Below are positions 46,860-57,686 of a stretch of 64,000 nt of DNA, one piece after another. The stretch covers positions 6,485,485 to 6,549,484 of the forward strand of contig OZ253462.1 in assembly GCA_965261395.1 (NCBI GenBank). Direction: 5' to 3'. A model generated the notes under the pieces. The model saw only the letters and a list, made by a program, of their open reading frames with translations. It ran no database searches and was not told the origin of the DNA. Position 1 is the first letter of the stretch. Each line of letters starts with the position of its first letter. Position numbers and translations under genes: made by a program. This stretch comes from Candidatus Latescibacterota bacterium (GTDB lineage: Bacteria > Latescibacterota > UBA2968 > UBA8231).

Positions 46860-47153
46860 ATGAGCAATTTTAGCGTCGAGATCAGATCGGACGAACCCTT
46901 TGAAAAGGCGCTGCGGCGCTTTACGTCCAAAACCCGCAAAGCTGGTTTATTGCGCGACTTGAAGAAGCGGCGTTTCTATACTAAACCCTCGGTCCAGAAG
47001 AAGATCAACCGCCAAAAAAGCATCCGCCGACAGCTGAAGGCCATTCGCATGGCCGAGGTCGGCTTCGTTCGTGGCGCGCAGGGGGTCGGTGGGCGCGGGG
47101 CCGGTGGGCGCGGGGCCGGTGGGCGCGGGGCCGGTGGGGGCAGCCCGCGCTAG
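46860..47153 (+). CDS. rpsU: 30S ribosomal protein S21 with Gly/Arg-rich tail
   Basis: EPFEKALRRF..K..KAGLL..LKKRRFYTKPS. Confidence 0.9.
   Translation: MSNFSVEIRSDEPFEKALRRFTSKTRKAGLLRDLKKRRFYTKPSVQKKINRQKSIRRQLKAIRMAEVGFVRGAQGVGGRGAGGRGAGGRGAGGGSPR
47087..47138 (+). repeat. 15-bp tandem repeat (cggtgggcgcggggc) x ~3.5 in the rpsU tail
   Basis: Read directly; encodes GGRGA repeats. Confidence 0.9.
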
Positions 47154-47252
47154 GTCTTTTTTGTAAGCCAACCCTGTTGGTCGAGGTCCTTAAGGCCTGC
47201 TTGGAACGCTCAGCTCAACGCAATTAGCAATCGAAGGGAGGTTACCTTCATC

Positions 47253-47507
47253 ATGTCCGAACGTCAAAGTGGATCCGTCAAGTGGTTCGATAGTTCCAAG
47301 GGGTTTGGTTTTATTCAGCGCGAAGGACAAGACGATGTCTTCGTCCATTACAGCGCGATTCGCGGCGATGGTTTCCGCTCCCTAGAAGAAGGTCAGCAGG
47401 TGGAATTTGAAACGGTCACTAGCCCCAAGGGCCTCCAAGCCCGAGACGTGGTCGTCATCGGCGCGCCCCCCCAAACAGAAACACCCCAAACAGAAACACC
47501 CCAATAA
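47253..47507 (+). CDS. cold-shock protein (CspA family)
   Basis: GSVKWF...KGFGFI...DVFVHYSAI...GFRSL.EGQ.V.F. Confidence 0.95.
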   Translation: MSERQSGSVKWFDSSKGFGFIQREGQDDVFVHYSAIRGDGFRSLEEGQQVEFETVTSPKGLQARDVVVIGAPPQTETPQTETPQ

Positions 47508-47527
47508 TCCCCCAGACAAAAACGAGC

Positions 47528-47560
47528 AGCGCGGGGCCTTCGGGCGCCCGCGCTTTTTTT
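47528..47560 (+). terminator. rho-independent terminator
   Basis: agcgcggg-gcc-TTCG-ggc-gcccgcgct followed by a T-run. Confidence 0.8.
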
Positions 47561-47573
47561 CTGCCAACTTAGT

Positions 47574-47996
47574 TTAGTAAGTCTGGAAAAACTCCACGAC
47601 TTCGCCGTTGGGTCCTTTGAAAAAGGCGACCGTCACATTCATCTGGTCCAGCGTCAGATCCTTGGGTTCGACCGTGATCTCACATCCGGCTGCTCGCACC
47701 CGCTCCGTGGCGGCGCGCGCGTCTGTAACCGCCAAGGCAAAGTGCGTCACTGGATCATTCGGGCTTTCGGCTCCAAGCGTGGGCGATTCGGCCGTGGGGG
47801 CGAAGAGTTCGAGATGGCTTCCGTCGCCCGCATCCAAGAGCACGATCTTGCGCTCGGGCGAACCAAATTCAGCGACTACCTCCATGCCCAGCACGTCTCG
47901 ATAAAAGCTCAGCGAAGTTTCCCAATCGCGCGTCTGCACGGCCACGTGGTGCATTCCACAACCGGCGATTATAGCGTTTTTGTCTCCCACTGGCAT
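47574..47996 (-). CDS. VOC/glyoxalase family protein
   Basis: HHVAV...FYRDVLG...LELF...HFAL...FFKGPNGEVVEF. Confidence 0.9.
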   Translation of the reverse strand: MPVGDKNAIIAGCGMHHVAVQTRDWETSLSFYRDVLGMEVVAEFGSPERKIVLLDAGDGSHLELFAPTAESPTLGAESPNDPVTHFALAVTDARAATERVRAAGCEITVEPKDLTLDQMNVTVAFFKGPNGEVVEFFQTY

Positions 47997-48017
47997 CGAC
48001 GTTTTTCCTTTCCTTTT

Positions 48018-49136
48018 TTAGTGCAACTGCCTAGAGGCCGCCAAGCGCGTAAAACGCGAGATCGTCTCCTCCAAGTCGAATCCGTACACGGCCTTGTTTC
48101 CCGCGACGACCTGCCCGACCACGTCTGCCGGCAACGCACTATCACCGCAACAAGCCCCTACCAGCGCCCCGGTAATCCCAGCATAGCAGTCGATATCCGC
48201 GTAGCGGCTCCAGTGCCCCTTCTCGTCGAGATCACCTTGGTTAGCGGCCACTTCCAGCGCAAGGGACGGGTCGTGGGGATGGGACAAGAGCGCGGCAAAG
48301 GCAATGGCCAGCGCCCGGAAGGGGTCGAAAACGCTGAAATGGCGCAGGTCCCACGAAAGGAACTCGGCCAACTCTGCGGCTCTTTTACCTGCGGCTCTCG
48401 CCAGTAACGGCGGCAGCTCCTGCCGGATGAAAGCGTCCCCGAAATACCCTCCCAAGCACAGGGGATCCAGCGCCAATACTGCATCGACCAAAGCCGGCGG
48501 CGACATATCGGCCAGCGCCGCGCTCTGCGCCGCCGCCAAGAGCGCGGTGGCTTCGCGGGCGTAGCCGACCGCAAAAAAATCTGCCTCATACGCCGCGCGA
48601 TAGGCCCCTTCGGGATCACCGGGGAAAAGCAGACCCGCCGATGGCAGCACCAGCAGCCCGGCCAGCGTCGGATAGTTAAGCCCGATGCTCCGGGTGGCGA
48701 GCACCGCGGGCGGCACCCCTCGATAGCGCAGCGATTCCTCCCCCAGACAACCGCGGCTAACCCCTTCCCACAGCTCAAACTGCTCCCGCGCCAGTTCGGC
48801 GCTGCCGGGAAAGAAATCCCCGGGCCGCTCATACACGTCCAGCAAGCGCCGCGCCACTTCCCGAGCCACCGGCATCCTCCCCAGCTCGACGGCCAACTCT
48901 ATAAAAAGATAATTGTAGCGCACGTCGTCGGTGCCCGTGCCCGCCGGTGCTTGGTCGGCCCACATTCCGTGCGGACCTTTTTCCCCGGCGAATGGATGGA
49001 GCCGCTCCAGCCACTGCTCGCCCGTGCTCTTTTTAACGGCGTCTGGCGGCGCGAATTCAAACGGTGCGCCCAAGGCGTCTCCCCAAGCTTGGGCGAGCAC
49101 CGAGCCGCGGATCCTCGATTGCAGCGTCGGTTTCAT
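48018..49136 (-). CDS. ADP-ribosylglycohydrolase family protein
   Basis: GDALGAPFE, GTDD, DIDCYAGITGALVGA. Confidence 0.85.
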   Translation of the reverse strand: MKPTLQSRIRGSVLAQAWGDALGAPFEFAPPDAVKKSTGEQWLERLHPFAGEKGPHGMWADQAPAGTGTDDVRYNYLFIELAVELGRMPVAREVARRLLDVYERPGDFFPGSAELAREQFELWEGVSRGCLGEESLRYRGVPPAVLATRSIGLNYPTLAGLLVLPSAGLLFPGDPEGAYRAAYEADFFAVGYAREATALLAAAQSAALADMSPPALVDAVLALDPLCLGGYFGDAFIRQELPPLLARAAGKRAAELAEFLSWDLRHFSVFDPFRALAIAFAALLSHPHDPSLALEVAANQGDLDEKGHWSRYADIDCYAGITGALVGACCGDSALPADVVGQVVAGNKAVYGFDLEETISRFTRLAASRQLH

Positions 49137-49157
49137 TGAGCCTATCGGGGCAGACGG

Positions 49158-49520
49158 TTAAAGCAGATGGAAGAAGATATAGGCCGCCAGCCCAGTGCCG
49201 ACCAAGGCACCGCCGTAGCAGAAGTAGTGAATGGGAAGGATAAACTTCCGCACCCCGAACTCGTGGAGCATGAAGCGGATGCGGTGCGCCGCGTGGTAGA
49301 GAGGTAGGACGGCTACGACGAAAAAGAACACCTTGGCCAGCGGGTGGCTGAGCAACGCGCGCATGGCCTCATATCCGCTCGCCTCCGAGCCGATCAAGCC
49401 CAGCGGCTCAGCCAGCCCGGCGAAGTAGATCAGCACGGGGATCAACATGGCGGCTACCACGCCGCCAGCAGAAAACAGGCCCCACCAGAAAGGTTCGGTT
49501 TTGTCTTGTTTGTAGCTCAT
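49158..49520 (-). CDS. frdD: fumarate reductase membrane anchor subunit D
   Basis: EPFWWGLFSAGG, LPLYHAAHRI, CYG; start set at ATG 49520. Confidence 0.88.
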   Translation of the reverse strand: MSYKQDKTEPFWWGLFSAGGVVAAMLIPVLIYFAGLAEPLGLIGSEASGYEAMRALLSHPLAKVFFFVVAVLPLYHAAHRIRFMLHEFGVRKFILPIHYFCYGGALVGTGLAAYIFFHLL

Positions 49521-49522
49521 GG

Positions 49523-49921
49523 CTATAACGCGTACAGGAAAATGTAGCCGACGGCCGCCGACACGAGGAAAAATCCGACGAAAGCACCAGCCGTTACCAA
49601 TTTGGGTGGCACAGTAAACGCGCCCATCCGCACGACCTGCACCCGGCCCATTACCCCCAGCCAAGTGATCGTGTGGTAGAGCGCAAAGACAAACGCAACC
49701 GCGTAAAAGGCCACAAACGCCGGCGTCGTCAATACGGAGCGGCAAGCCGCATACGCCTCCGGCCCCTTGGCCAGCGCAAAGAGCTGGTAGAGAAAGAGGA
49801 GGACGAAGGCGGCGATGAAGACGCTGCTCAATTCACGCATCATAAACAAGAAGTAGTTACGACTCTTCAGCCACCAAGTCGGAGATAGCTTTGGCTTGTA
49901 GGTTTCGTACGACTGGCTCAT
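49523..49921 (-). CDS. frdC: fumarate reductase membrane anchor subunit C
   Basis: WWLK...[14 protein letters not shown]; three TM helices. Confidence 0.85.
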   Translation of the reverse strand: MSQSYETYKPKLSPTWWLKSRNYFLFMMRELSSVFIAAFVLLFLYQLFALAKGPEAYAACRSVLTTPAFVAFYAVAFVFALYHTITWLGVMGRVQVVRMGAFTVPPKLVTAGAFVGFFLVSAAVGYIFLYAL

Positions 49922-50664
49922 TTGTTCCCCCAAGGCATGAGAAAGGATTTGAACCAGTTAGTCGTGGTCTCGACCTTGGTGCGCTGGATGGCGGCAGCCG
50001 GGTCCACATCCTTGGGACAAACCACCGAGCATTCACCGATAAAGGTGCATTCCCAAATGCCCTCACTGCTAGCGGCGACGACCGTGCGCTGGGCGTAGCC
50101 TTCGTCGCGCGAGTCGAGGTTGTAGCGGTAGGAAAGCGCGAGGGCCGCTGGGCCGACGAAGACATCTTCCAGCCCATAGACGGGACAAGCCGCGTAGCAC
50201 AGCAGGCAGTTGATGCACTGGCTGAACTGCTTGAACTCCTTTAGCTCCGCGGGCGACTGCAAGTACTCTCCTTCAGAGACCGGCTTTTCTTCCTCGCGAA
50301 TGATCCACGGCTGGACCGCCTTGAGCTTGTCCATAAAATCTTCTACATCGACGACCAAGTCGCGGATGATCGGGAAGTGGGCGAGGGGCTGGACCACTAG
50401 TTCGTTTGGGTAGTAGTCCTTGAGGAAGGCCGCGCAGGTCAACTTAGGCTCGCCGTTGATCATCATACCACAAGAGCCGCACACGCCCATGCGGCACGAC
50501 CAGCGATACGAGAGGGTGCCGTCGATGTGGTCTTTGATGTAGTTGAGCGCGTCGAGGACGACCCAGTCCTCCTGATAGGGAACCTCGTAAACCTGCTCGG
50601 TGGGGGCGTCCTCCTGCTCGGGTCGGAAGCGGGTCACCCGGATGCCAATGGTCTTATCGCTCAT
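49918..50664 (-). CDS. frdB: fumarate reductase iron-sulfur subunit
   Basis: [34 protein letters not shown]. Confidence 0.92.
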   Translation of the reverse strand: MSDKTIGIRVTRFRPEQEDAPTEQVYEVPYQEDWVVLDALNYIKDHIDGTLSYRWSCRMGVCGSCGMMINGEPKLTCAAFLKDYYPNELVVQPLAHFPIIRDLVVDVEDFMDKLKAVQPWIIREEEKPVSEGEYLQSPAELKEFKQFSQCINCLLCYAACPVYGLEDVFVGPAALALSYRYNLDSRDEGYAQRTVVAASSEGIWECTFIGECSVVCPKDVDPAAAIQRTKVETTTNWFKSFLMPWGNK

Positions 50665-50677
50665 AGCTCCTCGTCAA

Positions 50678-52387
50678 TCAGTAGGTTCGCTCTTGGGGCT
50701 GCCAGCGGGTAATGACGACGTCTTGGTATTCAATGCGCGGCTCGCCATCGGTGTGATACGCCAAGGAGTGGCAGAGGAAGTTTTCGTCGTCGCGCTCCTC
50801 GTAGTCCAGGCGCGAATGCGAGCCACGCGACTCCCGGCGCAACAGTGCCGAATGGGCCACGGTCTCGGCCACGTCGAGCAGCGAGCCCAGTTCCAACGCG
50901 GCAGTCAGTTCAGTGTTGAAGACCGAAGAACTGTCGTCAACCTGGACGCGAGTATAGCGCTCCTTGAGCTTGGGCAACTCGGCGCAGGTCGCCTCTAGGC
51001 TCTCCTGTTGGCGGTAAATGCCCGCCCCTTGCTCCATCGTCTTCTGCAGATCCGTGCGAATGTCGGCAATTCGCTCGCTGCCTTCGTTTTTGAAAAACGC
51101 ATTTTCAATCCGCTGCCACTCGTCGGCCGCCATCTGCTCCAAGCTGCTGTACGGCGGGGTGTTGGCCTCAGCGGCGTACTCGGCAGCATACCGGCCGGCC
51201 CGCGCGCCGAAGACCAAAAGCTCGGACAGCGAGTTGGAACCGAGGCGATTGGCCCCGTTCATGGTGACACAGGCCGTTTCTCCGGCCGCGAACAGACCTG
51301 GAATCGGCGTCGCCGTAGTAATGTCGGTGTGAATGCCACCCATCATGTAGTGAACCACCGGGCGCACGGGCACCGGCTCGTACACGGGATCAATGCCCAC
51401 GTAGTTTTTGGTCAGCTCGCGCACGAAGGGGATGCGCTCGTCGATTTTCTTTTCGCCCAAGTGCCGCAAATCGAGATGGACGTAGGTGCCGTACGGGCCG
51501 GAAAAGACCCGACCGGCCCGCTCCTCGTGGACGAACGCCCGCGAAACCATGTCGCGCGGGCCTAATTCCATTTTGTCGGGTAGGTATTCGCTGAGGTAGC
51601 GGTCGCCCTTATTGTTGATTAGGTAGCCGCCCTCGCCGCGCGATGCCTCGGTCATCAGGATGCCCGTGCCCGGCAGCCCCGTGGGATGGTACTGCACAAA
51701 TTCCATGTCCTTGAGTGGGCAGCCCGCTCGATAGGCCATGGACATGCCGTCGCCGGTCTTGATGGCGGCATTAGTCGTAAAGGGAAAAATGCGCCCGCCG
51801 CCGCCCGTGCAGATGATCACGGCCTTGGCGGGGATCGCCTGCATGGCACCGGAGCGCACGTTGATCGCGGCCACGCCGCAGGCCGCGCCGTTGTCGTCGA
51901 GCAGCAGCCGAGTCCCGTACCACTCGTCATAGCGCTGGATGCGGTCGTATTTGAGCGAAGTCTGGAAGAGGGCGTGCAGCATGTGAAAGCCGGTCTTGTC
52001 GGCCGCGTACAGGGTGCGCTTGACCGTCATGCCGCCGAAAGCGCGCACGCTGATTCGGCCGTCGTCGTCGCGGCTCCAAGGGCAGCCCCAGTGCTCCAAT
52101 TGGATCAACTCGTCGCGGGCCTCCTTGACGAAGACCTCGACTACGTCTTGGTCGGCGAGGAAGTCGCTGCCCTTGATGGTGTCGAAGGCATGGGAGTCGA
52201 AGCTGTCGTCTTCGCGTATCACCGCCGCGGAGCCGCCTTCGGCTGACACCGTGTGGCTGCGCATAGGGTACACTTTGGACACCAAGCCGACGCTGAGGTT
52301 CGGATCGAGCTCGACGGCGGCAATCGCCGCCCGCAGACCCGCACCGCCACCGCCTACGATTAGTATGTCGTGTTGAGGTACATTCAC
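50678..52387 (-). CDS. frdA: fumarate reductase flavoprotein subunit
   Basis: [20 protein letters not shown] covalent-FAD His, [22 protein letters not shown]. Confidence 0.92.
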   Translation of the reverse strand: MNVPQHDILIVGGGGAGLRAAIAAVELDPNLSVGLVSKVYPMRSHTVSAEGGSAAVIREDDSFDSHAFDTIKGSDFLADQDVVEVFVKEARDELIQLEHWGCPWSRDDDGRISVRAFGGMTVKRTLYAADKTGFHMLHALFQTSLKYDRIQRYDEWYGTRLLLDDNGAACGVAAINVRSGAMQAIPAKAVIICTGGGGRIFPFTTNAAIKTGDGMSMAYRAGCPLKDMEFVQYHPTGLPGTGILMTEASRGEGGYLINNKGDRYLSEYLPDKMELGPRDMVSRAFVHEERAGRVFSGPYGTYVHLDLRHLGEKKIDERIPFVRELTKNYVGIDPVYEPVPVRPVVHYMMGGIHTDITTATPIPGLFAAGETACVTMNGANRLGSNSLSELLVFGARAGRYAAEYAAEANTPPYSSLEQMAADEWQRIENAFFKNEGSERIADIRTDLQKTMEQGAGIYRQQESLEATCAELPKLKERYTRVQVDDSSSVFNTELTAALELGSLLDVAETVAHSALLRRESRGSHSRLDYEERDDENFLCHSLAYHTDGEPRIEYQDVVITRWQPQERTY

Positions 52388-52477
52388 GGGAAAATCTGCT
52401 TAGATAAATGGTTATGTTGCGAAGGACAAAAAATTAAATCATATCGCCGATAGGAGCAACTGCCTAGCCCGGTGAAA

Positions 52478-53425
52478 TTACGCCGGGGCATGTAGTGCCC
52501 GCAGCCGGGCCACTTCGCGCGATGTGGCGCGCCAAGCCGGGCCGGATTGGTGGCGCAGGGCATAGCCCAGCGGCGTGAGTTCTTCGACCTCGGCGAAAAA
52601 GTGGTCCTGCCCCTTTTGAATGCAATCCATCACTTTGTCGTCAGCCGCTGGATTGCGCTGGATGCGTGCTCTAACCGTCAAATCTGCTCCCTGGTCCAAC
52701 AGGTACTCAAAGGTCTCCCAGCCCGTTCCCTGGTTGGCACCAATGGCGTGGAAGAGAGGCGTCTGACCGCCCACGCCGTTGCAGCCGATCTCGGCGCGGG
52801 CATTCAAATCGGCCGCGCGCTTCAGCAGCAGGCGCACAGCATCTAGCTCGTGATATTCGACCGCCACGTGCAGGAGGGTGGCACCCCGCAGCGTGAGATG
52901 GTCGCCATAGTCGAGCCAGAAGCGAGCCGCGACCAAGTCGGGACAGCGGTCGAGGCGCTGCTCCAGTTGGTCGAGCCGACCTCGGTGGATATCCATCGTC
53001 GGCCCATCCTCAAAGGTGGCTCCCGCTTCGATGAGCGCTTCGACGCAGGCGTGCAGATGGGTAGGGGGAGAGCGATGGTACGTCTGCAAAAGCCCGTAGA
53101 GAACGCGGCAGTCCCAGCCTTCGTTGTATGCGTCGTCGGGGCGGACGCCCAGCTTTAGCAGACGCTGCATGTGGTCTATATTGTGGTTCTCGCAGCACCC
53201 AAAGAGCGCTCCGTCCAATTCGCGCAGATCGGCACCGAATTCGACCAACAGGCGCATGGCGTCCAAGCTAGCGGCAATGCGGTCGGCGTATTGCAAGGGG
53301 GTATCGCTCTGCCCGTTCGCGCATTCGACGCAGTGGTGAACCAAGTGCGGGTGCTGGCGCAACAAAGTCGCCAAGGCGTCTAAATCGCTCTCGTCGAGAG
53401 CCTTCTGCAAGTCGGTGCTATTCAT
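52478..53425 (-). CDS. ankyrin-repeat protein
   Basis: TPLQYA, GATLLHVAVEY...VRLLL...ADLNAR, GQTPLFHA, TPLGYA. Confidence 0.85.
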   Translation of the reverse strand: MNSTDLQKALDESDLDALATLLRQHPHLVHHCVECANGQSDTPLQYADRIAASLDAMRLLVEFGADLRELDGALFGCCENHNIDHMQRLLKLGVRPDDAYNEGWDCRVLYGLLQTYHRSPPTHLHACVEALIEAGATFEDGPTMDIHRGRLDQLEQRLDRCPDLVAARFWLDYGDHLTLRGATLLHVAVEYHELDAVRLLLKRAADLNARAEIGCNGVGGQTPLFHAIGANQGTGWETFEYLLDQGADLTVRARIQRNPAADDKVMDCIQKGQDHFFAEVEELTPLGYALRHQSGPAWRATSREVARLRALHAPA

Positions 53426-53786
53426 AGCCGTATTTTTTAACTGCGTCTTCATCAAAGCCCATAAAGTGCGCTAGCTCGTGTACCAAGGTGGTCTCCACCT
53501 CCCGCGCCAACTCGCCCCGATCGGGGAAGTCTTCCTCCAAAGGCCCCTGATAGAGCGCGATTACCGGCGGCAGGTCGCCGCTGTCTTCGAGGCGGCGCTC
53601 GGGTAGAGGCGTGCCCGTGAAAAGCCCGTAGAGCACTTCCTCTGGATCTCCGGTAATCTCCTCGACCAGCTCGGGGTCGGGCCAATCCTCGACGATGATG
53701 GCTAGGTTGTCCAGCGACTGGCGGAACTCCTCCGGCAGGCGCTCGAGGGCCTTTTCCACTAGCTTCTCAAACGCACGGCGGCGCAC
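53418..53786 (-). CDS. zincin-like metallopeptidase family protein
   Basis: FEKLVEKALERLP, LYGLFTG.P, TLVHELAHFMG. Confidence 0.85.
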   Translation of the reverse strand: MRRRAFEKLVEKALERLPEEFRQSLDNLAIIVEDWPDPELVEEITGDPEEVLYGLFTGTPLPERRLEDSGDLPPVIALYQGPLEEDFPDRGELAREVETTLVHELAHFMGFDEDAVKKYGYE

Positions 53787-53793
53787 GGCAGAG

Positions 53794-54933
53794 CTACCAG
53801 TCGGCGACGCTGCCGTCGTTTTCGTAGTAGAGTTCGCCGCCCAATTCCTCTGTATACTCGATCGTCTTTTCCACCTCGGACTCGATCAGGTCAAAACCTA
53901 GTCCCGGCTTGGTCGGCAGCTCGACGTGGCCATCGACCACCTGCCAAGGCGCGGTGAGCAACCCTTCGCCCAACCCCTCGTCAACCTGTTCCTGCACGAG
54001 GAAATTGGGCACTACCGCATCGACCTGCATACAGGCGGCAAAGGCCACTGGGCCGATGGCGCAGTGCGGCATGATGTGGATGTAATAGACCTCGGCCATA
54101 TTGGCGATCTTTTTCAACTCGGTGATCCCGCCCGCGTGCGAGCCGTCGGGTTGGATGTAGGAGACCGCCTGCTTTTCAAAAATCTCCCGGAACTCCCAGC
54201 GCGACAGCAGGCGCTCGCCCGTGGCAATGGGGAAGGGCACGTGGTCAGAAACCTCCTTCAGCGCATCGACGTTCTCTTGGGGGATCGGCTCTTCGACGAA
54301 CATCGGCCGCATCCCCGCAAGCTGGCCACACACCTCAATCGCCAGCCCCGGTGCCATCTTGCCGTGGAAGTCGAAGCACAGCTCTACCTCGTCTCCGACC
54401 CATTCGCGCATGGTATAGGCGTCTTTGACAAAGGCGTCGATCCGCGCCGGTGGTTCGTGGGCGCGCCACGTGCCCCCCGGCCCCGTCTTAAAGGCCGTGT
54501 AGCCTTTGGCCAACAGCATGTCGAGCCGCGCCCGCGCCGATGCCAGTGCCTCGTCGGTCTGGCCGTGGACGCCCCAGTGCGCGTACACGCGAATCCGGTC
54601 GCGCACCGCACCGCCCAAAAGCATATAGGCGGGGACATTGTAGTACTTGCCAGCGATATCCCACAGCGCCTGATCAATGCCCGACAACGCGCTCATCAGC
54701 ACATTGCCGCCGCGGAAAAAAGCCGAGCGATACACGTGCTGCCAGTGGTGCTCAATGCGGAGCGGGTCCTTACCGACGAAGTACTCGGCCAACTCTTCCA
54801 CCGCCGCCCAAGTGCTCTTGGGCTTGCCTTCCAGCGTGGTCTCGCCCCAGCCGACGATACCATTGTCTGTGGTAATTTTGACCAAGCGCATGCGCTGGCG
54901 CGGGAAAAACTGTTCAATCTTGGCGATCTTCAC
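53794..54933 (-). CDS. dgoD: galactonate dehydratase-like enolase-superfamily enzyme
   Basis: GWGETTLEG, SGIDQALWDIAGK, DFHG, FVEEP, IATGER, QPD.SHAGGITE, PHC. Confidence 0.78.
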   Translation of the reverse strand: MKIAKIEQFFPRQRMRLVKITTDNGIVGWGETTLEGKPKSTWAAVEELAEYFVGKDPLRIEHHWQHVYRSAFFRGGNVLMSALSGIDQALWDIAGKYYNVPAYMLLGGAVRDRIRVYAHWGVHGQTDEALASARARLDMLLAKGYTAFKTGPGGTWRAHEPPARIDAFVKDAYTMREWVGDEVELCFDFHGKMAPGLAIEVCGQLAGMRPMFVEEPIPQENVDALKEVSDHVPFPIATGERLLSRWEFREIFEKQAVSYIQPDGSHAGGITELKKIANMAEVYYIHIMPHCAIGPVAFAACMQVDAVVPNFLVQEQVDEGLGEGLLTAPWQVVDGHVELPTKPGLGFDLIESEVEKTIEYTEELGGELYYENDGSVADW

Positions 54934-54948
54934 TGTCTAGTCCTTTCG

Positions 54949-56670
54949 TTAGTGGGCCTCGCGCGTTACAACGGCACTCGACTTGCCGACCAAGAAGTCG
55001 AAGTCAACTCCTTTGTCGGCCTGCATCACGTGGTCAATATAGAGGCTGACGTAGCCCCGGGTATCGTGGGGTGCGGGGGGCTGCCAAGCCGCACGGCGAC
55101 GCGCCAACTCCTCGTCCGACACGTCTAGGTGCAGCCGCCGCTCCGCGACATCCAGCTCGATTATGTCGCCGTCGCGCACCAGCGCCAGCGAGCCGCCAAT
55201 GGCCGCTTCGGGTGCCACGTGCAGGACGACGGTACCGTAGGCCGTGCCACTCATGCGGCCATCGGAAATGCGCACCATGTCCCGGACGCCCTTTTCCAGC
55301 AGCTTCTTGGGCAATCCCATATTGCCGACCTCGGCCATGCCTGGATAGCCGACCGGCCCGACATTTTGCAAGACCAGTATGCTCGACTCATCCACGTCCA
55401 AATCGGGGCTGTCGATCCGTTGGTGATAGTCTTCAATCGTCTCAAAGACCACCGCTCGGCCCCGGTGCTGCATCAGCTCGGACGAAGCAGCCGACGGCTT
55501 GATTATCGCCCCGTCCTCGCAGAGATTGCCCCGGAGTACGGCCAAGCCCGCGGCCTCGATCAACGGCGCGTCCAGCGGCGCAATTACGTCGCGATTGTAG
55601 CAGACCGCCCCAGCGACATTCTCGCCGAGCGACTTGCCCGTCGCCGTCAAAGCGTTCAGATCCAAAGAATCCTTTAACTCTTGGATCACCACCGGCAAGC
55701 CACCGGCGTAATAGAAATCCTCCATCAGATACTTGCCCGCGGGCATCAAATTGACCAAGAGCGGCAGCGCGCTGCCGAGGCGGTCAAAGTCGTCCAAGGA
55801 CAACTCGACGCCGACGCGCCCGGCGAGGGCCAGCAAGTGGACGACGAAGTTAGTCGAACCACCGATGGCCGCGTTGACCTTGATGGCATTCTCAAAGGCC
55901 GCGCGCCCGAGGATGGCGGACATCTTGAGGTCTTCGCGCACCATCTCGACGATGCGCGACCCCGCCAGATGTGCCAGCACTTTGCGCCGCGAATCCGGGG
56001 CCGGGATCGCCGCGCCGCCGGGTAGGGTCATGCCGAGGGCCTCGACCATACAGGCCATCGTCGATGCGGTGCCCATCGTCATGCAGTGCCCATCCGAGCG
56101 CGTCATGCCGTCCTCGGCCAGCCCGAATTCTTCGCGCGTCATCTTCCCGGCGCGAAAGTCCTCGCTGAACTTCCACACGTCCGTTCCCGAACCAATATCG
56201 CTGCCGCGGTATTTGCCGTTGAGCATGGGGCCGCCGGGCACGGCAATCGTCGGCAAATCGACGCTGGCCGCCCCCATCAAGCACGCCGGCGTGGTCTTGT
56301 CGCACCCGGTCAGGAGCACCACGCCGTCAACCGGGTTGGCGCGAATGCACTCCTCCACGTCCATGCTCGCCAAGTTGCGGAACAGCATGGTCGTCGGGCG
56401 CATGATGGGCTCGCCCAGCGAGGTGACCGGGAATTCCACGGGCAACCCCCCAGCTTCGTACACGCCGCGCTTGACGGCTTCGGCCAAGTCGCGGAAGTGG
56501 ATATTGCACGGCGTCAGCTCGGACCACGTATTGCAGATGCCGATGACCGGGCGGCCATCGAATTCGTGCTCGGGCAGGCCGCGCTTCATCCAGCTACGGT
56601 GAATGAAGCCGCCTTTGTCCTCGCGTCCAAACCAGTCGGCGCTCCTCAGTTTCCCTTGATCTACTGCCAT
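54949..56670 (-). CDS. IlvD/Edd family sugar-acid dehydratase (L-arabinonate dehydratase-like)
   Basis: NTWSELTPCN, GCDKTTP, CMTMGTASTM, GGSTN, SDGRMSGT. Confidence 0.9.
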   Translation of the reverse strand: MAVDQGKLRSADWFGREDKGGFIHRSWMKRGLPEHEFDGRPVIGICNTWSELTPCNIHFRDLAEAVKRGVYEAGGLPVEFPVTSLGEPIMRPTTMLFRNLASMDVEECIRANPVDGVVLLTGCDKTTPACLMGAASVDLPTIAVPGGPMLNGKYRGSDIGSGTDVWKFSEDFRAGKMTREEFGLAEDGMTRSDGHCMTMGTASTMACMVEALGMTLPGGAAIPAPDSRRKVLAHLAGSRIVEMVREDLKMSAILGRAAFENAIKVNAAIGGSTNFVVHLLALAGRVGVELSLDDFDRLGSALPLLVNLMPAGKYLMEDFYYAGGLPVVIQELKDSLDLNALTATGKSLGENVAGAVCYNRDVIAPLDAPLIEAAGLAVLRGNLCEDGAIIKPSAASSELMQHRGRAVVFETIEDYHQRIDSPDLDVDESSILVLQNVGPVGYPGMAEVGNMGLPKKLLEKGVRDMVRISDGRMSGTAYGTVVLHVAPEAAIGGSLALVRDGDIIELDVAERRLHLDVSDEELARRRAAWQPPAPHDTRGYVSLYIDHVMQADKGVDFDFLVGKSSAVVTREAH

Positions 56671-56821
56671 TAATTCTCCCCTGCTTTTATTTTTGCGAGA
56701 AAATCAATCTAGGCGATCTCCTCGCTCCCGCAATACATTAGTAGTAAGGAGCTATTGCTAATCTCTTGCGATTATTGGGTAACATGGTACGTTCGACTCA
56801 AACCCACCTTTGGGCGACGAT

Positions 56822-57673
56822 ATGAATCTCAAACGCATTGCCGTCATCGGGGCTGGCACTATGGGGCGCGGCATTGCCCAAGTTTTAGCCCAAGCCAGCA
56901 GGGAAGTCCTGCTCTACGACGCAGACCCCTGCGCCCGCGAACAGGGGCTGGCCAGCATCGCCGCGCGCCTGCGCCAACAAGCCGCTAAAAGTCGGCTAGC
57001 GCCGGCCGTCGGCGAAGCGGCCATCGCCGCGCTGCGGGGTATCGACCAACTCGCCGACATCGGCACCACCGACATGGTCGTCGAAGCAGTACCGGAACGC
57101 CTAGACCTCAAGCTCACTGTCTTTGTCCAACTTGGACAATTTGCCGGGCCGGAAGCCATCCTCGCCAGTAACACCTCCGGCCTAGACATCGACGCTCTGG
57201 CCGCTGCGACCGGCCGGCCGGACAAGGTAATTGGCATGCACTTTTTCAACCCTCCTCCGATCATGCCCCTAGTCGAAGTGGTGCGCGCAACCGCGACTTC
57301 TGATGAGACCTTTGCCGCCATCATGGCCTTAGCCCAAGACCTAGGCAAGACTCCCCTCGCGGTCGCCAATAGCCCCGGTTTTGCGGTCAACCGCATCCTC
57401 TTTCCCATGATCAATGAAGCCATCTACACCCTCGCCGAAGGCGTGGCCAGCGCCGAAGACATTGACCGGGCAATGGTGCTGGGAGCGAGCCATCCCCTGG
57501 GACCGCTGGCCTTGGCCGACTACGTCGGACTCGACGTAACTTTGGATATCATCGAATCGTTTGCCCAGCGCCTAGACAACTCCAAATACCGCCCCTGTCC
57601 CCTGCTGCGCGAGATGGTCGCGCAGGGCGCGTTGGGCCGCAAGACGGGTCAGGGGTTTTTCTCCTACCCGTGA
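56822..57673 (+). CDS. 3-hydroxyacyl(butyryl)-CoA dehydrogenase
   Basis: VIGAGTMG, VEAVPE, ASNTS, GMHFFNP, GPLALADYVGLD, GRKTGQGF. Confidence 0.9.
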   Translation: MNLKRIAVIGAGTMGRGIAQVLAQASREVLLYDADPCAREQGLASIAARLRQQAAKSRLAPAVGEAAIAALRGIDQLADIGTTDMVVEAVPERLDLKLTVFVQLGQFAGPEAILASNTSGLDIDALAAATGRPDKVIGMHFFNPPPIMPLVEVVRATATSDETFAAIMALAQDLGKTPLAVANSPGFAVNRILFPMINEAIYTLAEGVASAEDIDRAMVLGASHPLGPLALADYVGLDVTLDIIESFAQRLDNSKYRPCPLLREMVAQGALGRKTGQGFFSYP

Positions 57674-57686
57674 TAACGGGCCGCCG

